Of a stretch of 64,000 nt of DNA, positions 52,980 through 60,935 are shown piece by piece. This DNA is from Octopus sinensis (Eukaryota): NCBI RefSeq assembly GCF_006345805.1, contig NC_042997.1:101928001-101992000 (forward strand), given 5' to 3'. Made by a program: the position numbers and the translations under genes. Positions within the stretch are counted from its first letter, which is position 1, and the number at the start of each line of letters is the position of its first letter. The notes under the pieces were generated by a model, which saw only the letters and a list, made by a program, of their open reading frames with translations, did no database searches and was not told the DNA's origin.

Positions 52980-54056
52980 CTTACATACATGTATACATAC
53001 ACATGACAGGCTTCTTTCAGTTTACATCTACCAAATCCACTCACAAGGCTTTGGAGGCTATAATAGAATATATTTGCCCAAGGTATCATACAGTGGGACT
53101 GAACCCAGAAACATGTGGTTGGGAAGCAAGCTTCTTATTACACAGACATGCCTGTGGCTTTTCCCTCTGTAACATAGATATATATGCATATATCTATGAA
53201 GGGAGATTTTATCATGGACAAAATCCTCAGTATCATGCCTGTCAAGGGTGTATACATGTTATGATACATATCATTTACCATTCACTTGTTTTAATCATTA
53301 GACTATGGCCATACTGGGGCACCACCTTCAAGAACTTTTAGTGGATTAAGGCTACCGTTGGTTTCATGTTAAGGAAACGCTTAACTGTTATCAAGCCTAT
53401 CACAGGGAACACCAGTGGTCATTCATGTGATAAGTTTGGTAATTGTTAAGGACTTCCTTAAAACCAACGGTAGCCTTAATTTACAAGTAAATAATCTTTA
53501 TCCACCAATGCAGTGTTGAGTACACATTCTCATTGTTCAGTATTTACACATATATATATACATATAATGGGATTCTTTCAGTTTTCAGCTATCAAATCTA
53601 CCCATAAGGCATTAATCAGCTCAGGACTATAGTAGAAGGCATTTGCCCAAGATGCCATGCAGTAGGACTGAATCCAAGATGACCATGTTTGGAAAACAAG
53701 CTTCTAAACCACACAGCCACACCTGTACATGCAGTAAACTTATACTAGTCATTCCATTTCCCAAAAATTTCAATTTAAAAAATATAAATGAATTACAAAC
53801 CTCCACCATTCCTATGTACCAAATAAGGAAACCTCCAGATGTTTCCAAGACCAATCACATAGCCTAAGCATGAGAGCATGAAATCTAGTCGACGATTCCA
53901 GTATCCTCTCAGCTTGTTTTCCTCTACTGTCATAGACTCATTAGTGCTTTCATTGCTAGTGATGGAAATTGCATCTGCTAAATAACTACCACCTGACTGT
54001 GTTGCTCCAGCAATGGCAACAGCAGGTGATACACCAGCTGGTACATCGGACTGATC
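3026..54056 (-). CDS. SLC6 family Na+/Cl- dependent amino-acid transporter (glycine transporter GlyT2/SLC6A5-like), 14 coding exons, at least 1373 aa, 5' end incomplete
   Basis: Manual splice reconstruction: 54056-53801, 50971-50840, 49338-49195, 44025-43824, 41043-40911, 36455-36217, 33536-33412, 31601-31357, 27588-27391, 23439-23266, 22227-22077, 10424-10257, 7385-5542, 3136-3026. All GT-AG, phases 1,1,1,2,0,2,1,0,0,0,1,1,0 are compatible, no internal stop. SLC6 hallmarks: [18 protein letters not shown]8-C in EL2, [26 protein letters not shown]. Orthology is not established, so no symbol is given. Confidence is lower for exons 12-14 belonging to this transcript. Confidence 0.92.
4975..5285 (+). 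mobile_element. SINE-D, tRNA-head SINE
   Basis: ggcgcaatggcccagtggttagg A-box and ggttttgattccc B-box-like head followed by a non-tRNA body; CpG-rich relative to flanks. Confidence 0.7.
5542..7385 (-). CDS. SLC6 exon 13 (inferred): 1844-nt exon encoding a low-complexity tail with a 12-aa repeat
   Basis: cttatag|GT TCC ACA acceptor in frame with ORF 5446..7296 (29 codons upstream of its Met); TCA GAT|gtaagt donor; 614 open codons in an AT-rich genome. Confidence 0.8.
5622..6195 (-). repeat. coding minisatellite: about 16 copies of a 36-bp unit ([12 protein letters not shown])
   Basis: Plus-strand unit cattatgctcaggtgaatttttcattgatacacttg at strict 36-bp period; 8 central MKNSPEH copies, degenerate at both edges. 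Confidence 0.95.
7591..7818 (-). mobile_element. SINE-A, full length with a perfect 16-bp TSD
   Basis: gtataagatacataca at 7575-7590 and 7819-7834; body gtcgactttgcctttcatcc shared with more than 15 copies in the window. Confidence 0.9.
7848..8830 (+). mobile_element. R4/Dong-like (RLE) non-LTR retrotransposon, internally deleted
   Basis: RT motifs [12 protein letters not shown] and GIFQGDSL, then a jump to the RLE region ([11 protein letters not shown]); frameshifted; followed by (TACA)n. Confidence 0.8.
9300..9955 (+). mobile_element. Tc1/mariner transposase remnant, maT/DD37D-like
   Basis: [17 protein letters not shown] and PMDYY motifs with stops and frameshifts. Confidence 0.7.
10257..10424 (-). 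CDS. SLC6 exon 12 (inferred): tail
   Basis: tttag|AT CAC GTT...TCT GCT G|gtaagt; open 168-nt phase 1-1 exon [56 protein letters not shown]; GC-richer than its flanks. Confidence 0.75.
10811..11207. mobile_element. 397-bp MITE with about 85-bp TIRs and an 8-bp TSD
   Basis: ggatcttttcgctttga...taccggtagaatgtgt / acacattctaccggta...tcaaagcgaaaagatcc; TSD aaaatacc at 10803-10810 and 11208-11215. Confidence 0.85.
11950..12210 (+). mobile_element. CR1/L2/Jockey-type LINE 3' fragment
   Basis: [22 protein letters not shown] resembles the ORF2 C-terminal SFFPRT..LWN.LP motif. Confidence 0.55.
12532..12750. mobile_element. piggyBac-type MITE (related copies about 24488-24695 and 43270-43490)
   Basis: ttaa|ccgtttag...ctaaaggg|ttaa, TTAA on both sides; internal similarity to the two other copies. 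Confidence 0.7.
14497..14725. mobile_element. short mariner-derived non-autonomous element
   Basis: Degenerate TIRs (gagatgggtgcaaaacaagttcctggtttta / aaagccaagaacttttcagttccacctc) around a transposase 3'-end-like segment; next to (TA)n. Confidence 0.55.
15970..16200 (-). mobile_element. possible LINE ORF2 3' fragment
   Basis: ...[11 protein letters not shown] resembles a CR1/L2 C-terminus; GC-richer than flanks. Confidence 0.35.
17385..17722 (+). mobile_element. SINE-B, degenerate
   Basis: Head, CORE-like segment and 3' tail (gcagtccagtgatagaaaccagtaaaaga) recognisable. Confidence 0.7.
18998..19488 (+). mobile_element. SINE-B, full length with internal (CA)/(TA)/(TG) tract
   Basis: gcaggcgtggctgtgtgataag head through ccagcatggcctcagtcaaatgacagaaacaggtaaaagaat tail. 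Confidence 0.85.
20200..20480 (-). mobile_element. SINE-C-related copy, degenerate
   Basis: Reverse tRNA-like head (accactaggccatgtgccctca) and aagtgctttgcttaagaacacaac segment. Confidence 0.55.
21255..21415 (+). mobile_element. SINE-B 5' half
   Basis: ggttcagtcccactgtgcagtaccttaggcaagcgtcttctactatggcc. Confidence 0.7.
22077..22227 (-). CDS. SLC6 exon 11: membrane-proximal C-terminus
   Basis: [50 protein letters not shown], with the DWGP motif; aacag| and |gtaaga; 151 nt. Confidence 0.92.
22650..23165 (+). mobile_element. RTE-clade (Rex3/Expander-like) LINE 3' fragment
   Basis: Degenerate YGHE.WV.T.RV.S.IQ.AEM.F and RPR.RW motifs; A-rich end. Confidence 0.65.
23266..23439 (-). CDS. SLC6 exon 10: EL6 and TM12
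   Basis: [58 protein letters not shown]; aacag| and |gtatgt; 174 nt. Confidence 0.93.
23593..24090 (+). mobile_element. SINE-B with a second partial head and a small insertion
   Basis: Head at about 23595, repeated head ggcacaggcatggctatgtggtaagaagcc at about 23768, tail at about 24085. Confidence 0.75.
24706..25455. mobile_element. SINE-A (24706-24938 minus), Helentron-like 5' fragment (24964-25138), SINE-A (25241-25455 plus)
   Basis: Direct similarity to 7591-7818 and to 38287-38460. Confidence 0.8.
25845..26255 (-). mobile_element. SINE-B, full length
   Basis: Reverse complement of the SINE-B consensus with internal (CA)n. Confidence 0.8.
27391..27588 (-). CDS. SLC6 exon 9: TM10 and TM11
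   Basis: [16 protein letters not shown]...AWVYGVKRF...[10 protein letters not shown]; ttcag| and |gttagt; 198 nt. Confidence 0.95.
27698..28960 (+). mobile_element. RTE-clade LINE reverse transcriptase remnant
   Basis: [35 protein letters not shown] (YADD at 28165-28176), Cys-rich insert [20 protein letters not shown]; several stops. Confidence 0.9.
28961..29066 (-). mobile_element. SINE-C 5' head, truncating the RTE copy
   Basis: Reverse of gaaggcacatggctcagtggttagagcgtcgagcttacgatcgtgag...tcgaatcccggaccggg. Confidence 0.85.
29157..29241 (-). ncRNA. type I hammerhead ribozyme fold (sense to the SLC6 pre-mRNA)
   Basis: attttc-CTGAAGA-gaat gctgcaaat...atttgcggc cttt-GAAA-catgt-GTA-gaagat: 6-bp stem I, conserved core, 9-bp stem II helix plus G.U-closed base, minimal stem III, GUA triplet. 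Confidence 0.75.
29728..29812 (+). ncRNA. type I hammerhead ribozyme fold (antisense to the gene)
   Basis: Identical to the minus-strand copy: CTGAAGA 29734-29740, GAAA 29795-29798, GTA 29804-29806, stem I 29728-29733 with 29807-29812. Confidence 0.75.
31357..31601 (-). CDS. SLC6 exon 8: EL4, TM8 and TM9
   Basis: (D)[51 protein letters not shown]...GLPMTTE; cctag| and |gtaaga; 245 nt. Confidence 0.95.
32820..33222 (-). mobile_element. SINE-B, full length and well conserved
   Basis: ttcttttacttgtttcagtcatttgactgc tail to accatgtggttggtaagc head. Confidence 0.9.
33412..33536 (-). CDS. SLC6 exon 7: TM7
   Basis: (R)[41 protein letters not shown]; tttag| and |gtaagt; 125 nt. Confidence 0.95.
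33845..34330 (+). mobile_element. RTE/BovB-like LINE 3' fragment
   Basis: Degenerate [16 protein letters not shown] and QKCFKDNLK motifs. Confidence 0.65.
36217..36455 (-). CDS. SLC6 exon 6: TM5 and TM6
   Basis: [10 protein letters not shown]...[33 protein letters not shown]; ctag| and |gtaaga; 239 nt. Confidence 0.95.
36690..38245 (-). mobile_element. head-to-tail array of about 7 SINE-A units separated by trinucleotide microsatellites
   Basis: gaaaggcaaagt recurs near 36808, 37123, 37361, 37543, 37812, 37993 and 38137, all in the same orientation. Confidence 0.85.
38287..39060 (+). mobile_element. Helentron-associated (HINE/DINE-1-like) non-autonomous element
   Basis: 5' subterminal acttctgcc (38312-38320), internal GT/GA simple repeats, 3' imperfect hairpin acctctgcc-ttcgcta-gggtggaagt (39032-39058). 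Confidence 0.5.
39145..41344. mobile_element. further SINE-A copies: 39145-39365 (-), 39370-39530 (-), 39804-40020 (+), 40450-40635 (-), 41160-41344 (-)
   Basis: Shared cctttctacta...caaggcctgaaatttt tail and ctaagcatttt head segments; the span also contains SLC6 exon 5. Confidence 0.8.
40911..41043 (-). CDS. SLC6 exon 5: TM4
   Basis: (Y)[44 protein letters not shown]; tacag| and |gtatgt; 133 nt. Confidence 0.95.
41400..41840 (+). mobile_element. maT/DD37D-like transposase 3' remnant
   Basis: [25 protein letters not shown] and [18 protein letters not shown]. Confidence 0.75.
41900..42715. mobile_element. two convergent mariner 5' ends forming a fold-back
   Basis: Plus arm encodes an HTH region ([11 protein letters not shown]...SGRP); minus arm carries the TIR (catggtctgatcaataagtatc) and [13 protein letters not shown]. 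Confidence 0.75.
43824..44025 (-). CDS. SLC6 exon 4: EL2
   Basis: (Y)[13 protein letters not shown]...FKTPSEEYF; tttcag| and |gtaagt; 202 nt. Confidence 0.93.
44660..45359 (+). mobile_element. R4/Dong-like element 3' fragment inserted in (AAT)n
   Basis: [18 protein letters not shown] (CCHC knuckle), [12 protein letters not shown] (RLE), 3' UTR; (AAT)n at 44595-44645 and 45358-45410. Confidence 0.85.
45411..47178. repeat. 905-bp tandem duplication of an (AAT)n-flanked element carrying a nested SINE-C
   Basis: Units 45411-46272 and 46316-47178 are near-identical; SINE-C at 45621-45955 and 46527-46862. Confidence 0.95.
47239..48490 (+). mobile_element. R4/Dong-like RT fragment starting at (AAT)n
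   Basis: [24 protein letters not shown] and NDLKLY motifs; heavily decayed. Confidence 0.75.
48570..49075 (-). mobile_element. L1/Tx1-like LINE 3' fragment
   Basis: Degenerate [10 protein letters not shown] / [10 protein letters not shown] / KMVRM segments resembling a Tx1-type ORF2 end. Confidence 0.4.
49195..49338 (-). CDS. SLC6 exon 3: TM3 and start of EL2
   Basis: (G)[47 protein letters not shown]; cag| and |gtatgt; 144 nt. Confidence 0.95.
49490..49785. repeat. (CAC/CAT/CAA)n trinucleotide low-complexity tract
   Basis: Direct reading; lies in intron 2. Confidence 0.9.
50215..50622 (-). mobile_element. SINE-B, degenerate
   Basis: Tail, internal (CA)n and head recognisable. Confidence 0.75.
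50840..50971 (-). CDS. SLC6 exon 2: TM2
   Basis: (G)[43 protein letters not shown]; cag| and |gtttgt; 132 nt; not in the ORF track. Confidence 0.95.
51109..51625. mobile_element. (AAT)n-flanked non-coding element, SINE-free version of the 45.4-47.2 kb unit
   Basis: gccctgatgcaataccaggcagtggctctcatggcttc...ctctcactc, colinear with 45411-46272 minus the SINE; single gatcatgagcag site at 51307-51318. Confidence 0.85.
52400..53155 (-). mobile_element. SINE-B with a compound (TA)/(TACA) microsatellite of about 380 bp (52620-53000)
   Basis: Intact tail 52400-52615 and head 53005-53155 on either side of the tract. Confidence 0.85.
53350..53475. mobile_element. 126-bp palindromic MITE with TTAA TSD and GG termini (Kolobok-like)
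   Basis: ttaa|ggctaccgttggttt...aaaccaacggtagcc|ttaa; perfect 15-bp TIR extended by imperfect pairing. Confidence 0.75.
53801..54056 (-). CDS. SLC6 exon 1 (first identified): N-terminus and TM1
   Basis: ttccag|GATCAG acceptor; DQSDVPAG...[36 protein letters not shown]; G|gtttgt donor; 256 nt. Confidence 0.95.
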
Positions 54057-55802
54057 CTGGAAATGAAAAAGAAAAAAATTACTGTCATTATTCTTGTTAT
54101 AACTAATGAGGTGACTGCAAAGGATAAAATCTATACAGAAAGATAGCAAAAGAGATGAGTGAAAATGAAAGGAATGAAATAAAGATGTAGATGGTTTGAA
54201 CTGTAAATATCCAAGTGACATGTATTACAGTGTTTAGTTTTGTATTTCGTCTTTTAAAAGTCAATAAAATAAACAAGTAGAATTCTTGGGTATCTTGGTA
54301 AATGGTTCTCTGAAACAATTAGACTTGTTTCTAAATGAGACAATTGCATTTAGATGAGTTGGTAAGAGTATCATTCAAATGATTTAGGGCTCATGATTTA
54401 CCTCCTATCAGTGGTACTGCACTGTGTCCATATTCAAAATACTGACTTTGTCCATTTAACTGTGAATAGACAATATAGTTAAGAAAATTTCAGATAGGTA
54501 TGAGGGTTCTATAACCTCACATAACTGAGTTTAAAAGCTTCTGTACACATATCCTGAAAAGACATGTGATCTACTTTGCAAACCTTTTAATATACTACAG
54601 GATTAAATATTCAAGAGATGTCACTATCATCTAATAAGTGTTGTACTTACAGTCTAAGACAAGGCAGTACATTTGGTAAAAATATCTTATGATATTTTGA
54701 TGTAATGCTGTTCTGAGTTCAAATTCTGTTAAGGTAGACAATGCATTCTATGGTTAATAAAGCAAGTACTTGATTTATTGAGCTTGATTCACTCAAATGC
54801 ACTCTTCTGAGGTATCAAAAAAGAGTCACCAGTTTTAAGTCAGTACATTTAAAATTTATTCTTTATACAAAAATGAAAGTAAAATTGTGTCTGAATACCC
54901 TAGAAACCCTTCTATATCTTAAATTTTGAGAATATCTGTTTATATTTCTAAATCTTCTACCATACCATGACCAATTATGAAGTAATTTCTTATGGTAAAC
55001 TTCGAAGGAAATTTGACTGTCATTTCTTGCAGGTGAAAGAATCATGCAGAAGCTTTTACCATTTCCCTATTAGCTTACAAATGGTGAATACAGTAGATAA
55101 ATTAGTGATGAATATAATATGCTAAAAAAGAAGACATCATGATCATGGTTTGAATGTTGATTGAATGATGGAACTTCAACACTTAGGTATGTTGAATGAA
55201 ACTCTTATTATAATGCTATTCATGAGAAACCTTGTAAACATAACACAAATGAAGGAAGACTACAACAGTACTAATGACCTGAAAAAATGTTCATAGAAGC
55301 GGAAAAAAAAACTCCCCCAAAATAATAAAACAAACAAAACATATGTTAGCTTGTATGATGTTCCACATATTGCAACCCTCTCAAATTCCAAACTACAAAT
55401 CGATAAGACTGGAGAGACCATTCACATAGGTGGTATCATAACTATACATAATATATCTCAGCTACATCACCTTAAGACTCTCACAAATACCAATACAACA
55501 CTGAAGATGCTTATATATATATATATATATATAAGATCCAAGGATTGAGGTGTAGAAAGAAAGCTTCAAGCAACCCGTAATAAATATAAAAACAACTTTC
55601 AGGGAAAATAGTTATTTATTGAAGCAGAAGGTTGTGGATTTTTCCATATCAAAGTATGATAAACCAAAAAAAGTTCTTTTTATATTTCACGGTAGGTGAC
55701 CAGGATTGCCAGGTATGCAAGTAAGAATACAAGAGTTAAGATAAGATTCCAGATCTTATTTACTCAATTCCTTAACTGTTGCATATATATATATATATAT
55801 AC

Positions 55803-56250
55803 ATGCATTAAATACTACAAAGCATTCGTGTAGGACAGATACAGAAGGATCCTAATTCTTTATCAGCTATCGACCAAAATACTAATACTCAGTTTTGTGC
55901 CTTTAACGATAAGACTGAGAATTTCATATATTGGCGGCACCCGCAAAATTTGAAGAGAATTAAGGCTTGAGCAAACAACAATACAGGGTGGATGTATGAA
56001 AGTAAACAAATGCAATTTGAAATGGTAGACAAAGACAGAATAAATACAGCCTTTCGCCAAATGTGTGGGTGATGGATAACACGTAGAAGAAATCTTCAAT
56101 GGATATAGAAAGGGAAATAGCAAGAGAGGATAAAACATTGACCGGCAAGCCAAGCATCTGGTGGCAAAAAAGCAGAGAGATGAGAAAATTAGTCACGGGT
56201 CACATGTGGGCAGTAGATAGAAGGGAAGAAGGATGAGAGAGAGAGGAAGA

Positions 56251-56304
<54 letters not shown>

Positions 56305-56930
56305 AGAGAGAACTGGGAAGGAAGGAAGGAAGAAAGTCTACAGTTAAGAGTGAGAAGACAAGAGAGAGGGTGAGTGGAAGCTGGGATGCTAGAAAAGGAT
56401 GAGAGAGAAAGAAAGAAAGAAGATAGAGTCGCAAAAAATATATAAAATCTTACTGTTAATGAAAGTCGGGATGTGTGGCATTCAGTTACTCAATAAATGA
56501 AAAATGCATTAAATACGGCAAGACATACATGTAGGACAGACACAGACGGACTCTAATTCTTCATCAGTTATCGACTGAAAAGTACTAATACTCAGTTTTG
56601 TGCCTTTAATGATAGGCATTACCCATCACTCTTGTGTTTGGCCAAAAGGCTGTAGTAATTCCATCTTCATCTATCGTTTCAAATTACATTTGTTTACTTT
56701 CGTACATTCACCCTGTATTGTTTTGTTTGCTTGAGCCCTAATTCTCCTCAAATTTTGTGGGTGCTGCCGATATACAAAGTTCTCAGTTTTATTGTTAAAG
56801 GCATGAAACTGAGTATTAGTATTTTGGTTGAAAACTGATGAAGAATTAGGGTCCTACTGTGTCTTGTCCTATGTGTATGTTTTGTAGTATTTAATGCACT
56901 TTTCATTTATTGAGTAATTGAATGCCATGC
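55803..56930. repeat. rearranged repeat with direct and inverted segments (A-B ... A-B'-A')
   Basis: A at about 55803-55915 and 56495-56612; B at about 55915-56075; reverse complement of A-B at about 56613-56930. Confidence 0.8.
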
Positions 56931-56932
56931 GG

Positions 56933-56966
<34 letters not shown>

Positions 56967-57095
56967 ATGTATGTATGTATGTATGTATGTATATATATCT
57001 ATATATAATATTATGTATAAATATATTATTATAATGTATATTATGTAACTGTCTGTCTGTCTGTCAGTCTACCTATCTATCTATCTATCTATCTA

Positions 57096-57130
<35 letters not shown>

Positions 57131-58534
57131 ATCTATCTATATATATATATATGTATATGTATATATAGTACCTATCTATAACAGTATCATTATCACCACT
57201 TTTTACTATAAGCAAATTTTCTTAGTAACCATTACAGTCTTCTGACCAACATTTAGATGTCTAATAACTATACACCAATATTAATTTTGATATTATGAAA
57301 AGAAGCTAAAATTCCCTTTTAAATCAAACTGAATTCTTATTTCCTTAAAGGCAAAACAGAATTGCATCACAACTCATTACTTATGTCATATCTCAGCTTC
57401 ATTTAAGTTTTTAGATAAGAATGTGTATTAATCCACTCCTCCCTCATAAGCTCCTTACCTAATTTACTGTCCTAAATTTATTTCTAACAATACTAACTGA
57501 AAGCTGTACATGAGATTAGACAAAACTGCTCTGAGGGGAAATACCGTATTAGTGAAAGATGCTTTTATGTTTGCACATGTTGTCTGTGTACATTTGTTTT
57601 AAAAGAAGACAATTCAAAAATTTAGAATTAAAATTCTTTATTTCTTTTTAAATAAAACAATTTGAAAAAAAAATCTAGTTTGAAATTTTTTCCTTTATAC
57701 CATCCTAAGGGTGTAGTTAATATTTAATAAGTCATCTCCATTAACCCATTCTAAAAATTAACTCTTTGTAAACTGAAAAAGAATTAACACTTTCTCAACT
57801 GAAATCATAGTTATAGCTTGAAGGGTATTAATGCATTCTAAAATGGAGTCAAATATTTGACTAAGTGGGTTATGTTTACATTACTTGTGGGTCATCTTAA
57901 AAATTAGGTTACTGATCAAGTACAATTCATAGTAATGCACTTTAGTTACTGCACTTTTATTTAGTTATGCATTTATTTATGCATTTGTGCATAAAACAAA
58001 GTAAAAACAAACACGATTCACTTTAAGATTGCTTATCTTGGAATCTAATACAAGGAGCAAGTTCAAAATGTCACCAGAAATGTTAATATTTGTTCGGAGT
58101 CATTATTATTCTGATTTCAAATCTCACTGTGATCAATTTTCTCTTTCATCCCTCTGGAGTCAATAAAATGGAGTTCTAGTCAAGTACTGGAGTTAATTTA
58201 ATCAACTAGCACCCTCTCCCAGATTTGCAACGGTCAAAATCATCCCTTTTGTTATCGGTGCACTCAGAACAGTCTCAAAGAATCTGAATGCAATACCTGA
58301 GATTTTGGGCATACCAGATATAGCAGGGAGCACACAGATGGCTGTGGTGCTTGAAATAGCTAATGTTCTGAGGAAAGTGTTGTGCCTCTGAGCTGTGGGC
58401 AAGAGCTGAGGCATAATTATACACAACCTGATCATAAAAGATCTATGTGTTGGAGAACAATGACAACAATGATTAACAATAATGATGACAAAGACAACAA
58501 CAACAACAATAATAATGACAACAATGACAATTCT

Positions 58535-60185
58535 TTCTTATTTTTGGTTTAAAGCCAGCAAATTTGAGGGCTTGGGAAGTCAATTATATCGATCTCAAAA
58601 GGATGAAAGGCAAAGTTGACCTCAGCAGAATTTGAACTCAAAATGTTAAATCAGAAGAAATGCTACTAAGCGTATTGTATGACACAGTAACGATTATACC
58701 GGCAATGTTTATGATGATGATAACAATAATGAAAATAACAACAACTAGAATAACAACAATCTGGTTGAGAAACATAAGTCTGAGCTCTGAAGATTCTTGA
58801 ATGCAGCACACACTCGAAGCCCCCTGCCAATAAGCCCATCAAATGCATATAATGAAGCAGAATATTAAGTAGCTGCAGAATATACGGAGCAAGAAAGAAA
58901 CTATTAACCGCATTGCTTCTGGCTGTCTAGTCAAAGCTAAGAAAGAATACATTCATAGATGTGAAGAGTTAAAACTTATATACACTGGAAGTTACATCAG
59001 CATTATGAAACACCAGAAGATAAGAGGTGGTATATAGAAGTTTGAGAAAGCAAACATACTCTGGGATGTATCAATACACTCAGGTAGGAAGATCAAGGCT
59101 AATGGAACAGATATTGTTGTCAAAGATAACCACAAATAGAAATGCATCCTAATCCCAACAGATAATAATATGTCTGGCAAGAAATGGGGAAATAATTCAA
59201 ATATAAAGACCTGGAAATAAAAATAACTTAAATATGAAAGTTGAAAACAGAACAATAATTGGTGTTTTGGTAATAATAAAAGAAACATGCAAACAAATGC
59301 ATAACCAAAATCTCAAAACTTACAAATATGCACAACATGTAGAAAAATAATACTACTAAGCACTATGCATAATTATGTAGAGTACTTTCAATATGAAAGA
59401 TGGATCAAAACCAACGCAAAATACTGCACCTACCTAAAGCACATAGAGCTGTGCTTGGTAGGGCAATGAAAGCATGCAATAAAAACAAGACTACTGAATG
59501 ACAGTAACAACAACAACAACAACAATAATTCTTTCTACTATTAGCAGAAAGCATGAAATTTTGAAGGAGAGGAATAGTCAATTACATCGATCTCAGTGTT
59601 CAACAAATACTTATATCATTGACGCCAAAAGGATGAACGGCAAAGTCTACCTCAGCAGAATTCAAACTCAGAACTTAAAGACATGAAATATGCTAAGCAT
59701 TTTGTTCAGTGTACTAATGATTCTGCCAGCTCGCTACCTTATCAATAAAAATGTTTTCTAATTTATGCACAAGGCCAGCAATTTGGTGAGAAGGGAGTTA
59801 GTTTGTACCATCAACCTCAGTGCTTGACTGATATATTGTTATTTTATCAATATTAGAGATAGAATTTTATTTGAACCCAGTACGTGAATAACTGGAATGG
59901 ATACCACAAGCTATTTTTTCCAACACTCTAATGATTCTCAAATATTAATATTTGCTGGTATTATTTAATATTAAAGGCAGTGAGCTGGAAGAATGGTTAG
60001 CATGCCAGACAGAAAACTTCATAGCATTTCATCCATCTTTATGTTTTCGCTTCAAATTCTCTTGAGGCTGACTTTGCTTTTCATCCTTTACGGTTGATAA
60101 AATAAGTACATTTGAGATCTGGGATCGATGTAATTGACTTACCCCATCCCTTGAAATTGCTGGCCTTGTGCCAAAATTTGAAATG
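58535..60185. mobile_element. SINE-A copies (58535-58690, 59525-59740, 59755-59930 minus; 59975-60185 plus) around an R4/Dong-like 3' fragment (58830-59499 plus)
   Basis: SINE-A motifs as above; KLIIHWKL, ANGTDIVVKD, KYKDLEI and the same aataaaaacaagactactgaat end as 44660-45359. Confidence 0.7.
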
Positions 60186-60454
60186 AGTATTTTTTATTAT
60201 TTATCAAAAAGAGGTAGAGAAGAAAATTATAATTTTAAATATGATTTTTCCAAAATTATCAACATTTTACTATTCTAAGATAGGGAATTTTAAACTATGA
60301 AGAAAGTATCAAAGTATATGTAAGTTTCACTATATCAAAAACTAAATTTCAAACGTCTAGAGAATGTAAGATGTAAGAATCCTTTCTACTGGAAGCACAA
60401 GGCCTCAAATTTGGGAGAAGAGATCAAGTTGATTACTGGTACTAATTTTATTGA

Positions 60455-60935
60455 CCAGGTCTTCTCAAGCACAGCATATCTCCAAAGGTCTTGGTCACTT
60501 GTCATCACCTTGGTGAAGCCCAACGTTCGAAGGTCGTGCTTTACCACCACATCCCAGGTCTTCCTGGGTCTACCTCTTCCACAAGTTCCCTCTACTGCTA
60601 GGGTGTGACACTTTTTCACACAGCTGTCCTCATCCATATGCAACACATGACCATACCAGTGCAGTCATCTCTCTTGCACACCACATCTGATGCTTCTTAT
60701 GTCCAACTATTTGCTCAGGGTACTTACACTCTATTGTGTATGCACACTGACATTACACATCCAGCGTGTCATATTAGCTTCATTCTTTGCAAGCTTACAC
60801 ATATCCTCAGCAGTTATGGCCCATGTTTCACTGCCATGTAGCATGGCTGTTTGCACACATGCGTCATACAGTCTACCTTTTACTCTGAGTGAGAGGCCCT
60901 TTGTCACCAGCAGAAGTAGGAGCTCTCTGAACTTT
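60455..60935 (-). mobile_element. RTE-clade LINE 3' fragment, same family as 27698-28960
   Basis: CVKKCHTLAVEGTCGRGRPRKTWDVVVKHDL...LWRYAVLEKT. Confidence 0.85.

Noticed and set aside
52544-53341. Stack of YI/HT/CV-rich ORFs (likewise 8704-9042, 11538-11879, 17028-17312, 19952-20339, 30675-31110)
   Set aside because: Translations of (TA), (CA) and (TACA) microsatellites.
54057-54221. ORF-track start codons for exon 1 (and 44026-44221 for exon 4)
   Set aside because: These segments are polypyrimidine intron sequence upstream of clear AG acceptors.
54863-55045. 60-aa minus-strand ORF as the missing first exon
   Set aside because: No convincing phase-0 donor and no recognisable similarity.
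56790-56850. Canonical hammerhead at the CTGATGA near 56835
   Set aside because: Stem II cannot close adjacent to GAAA; kept only as a weak lead in the findings.
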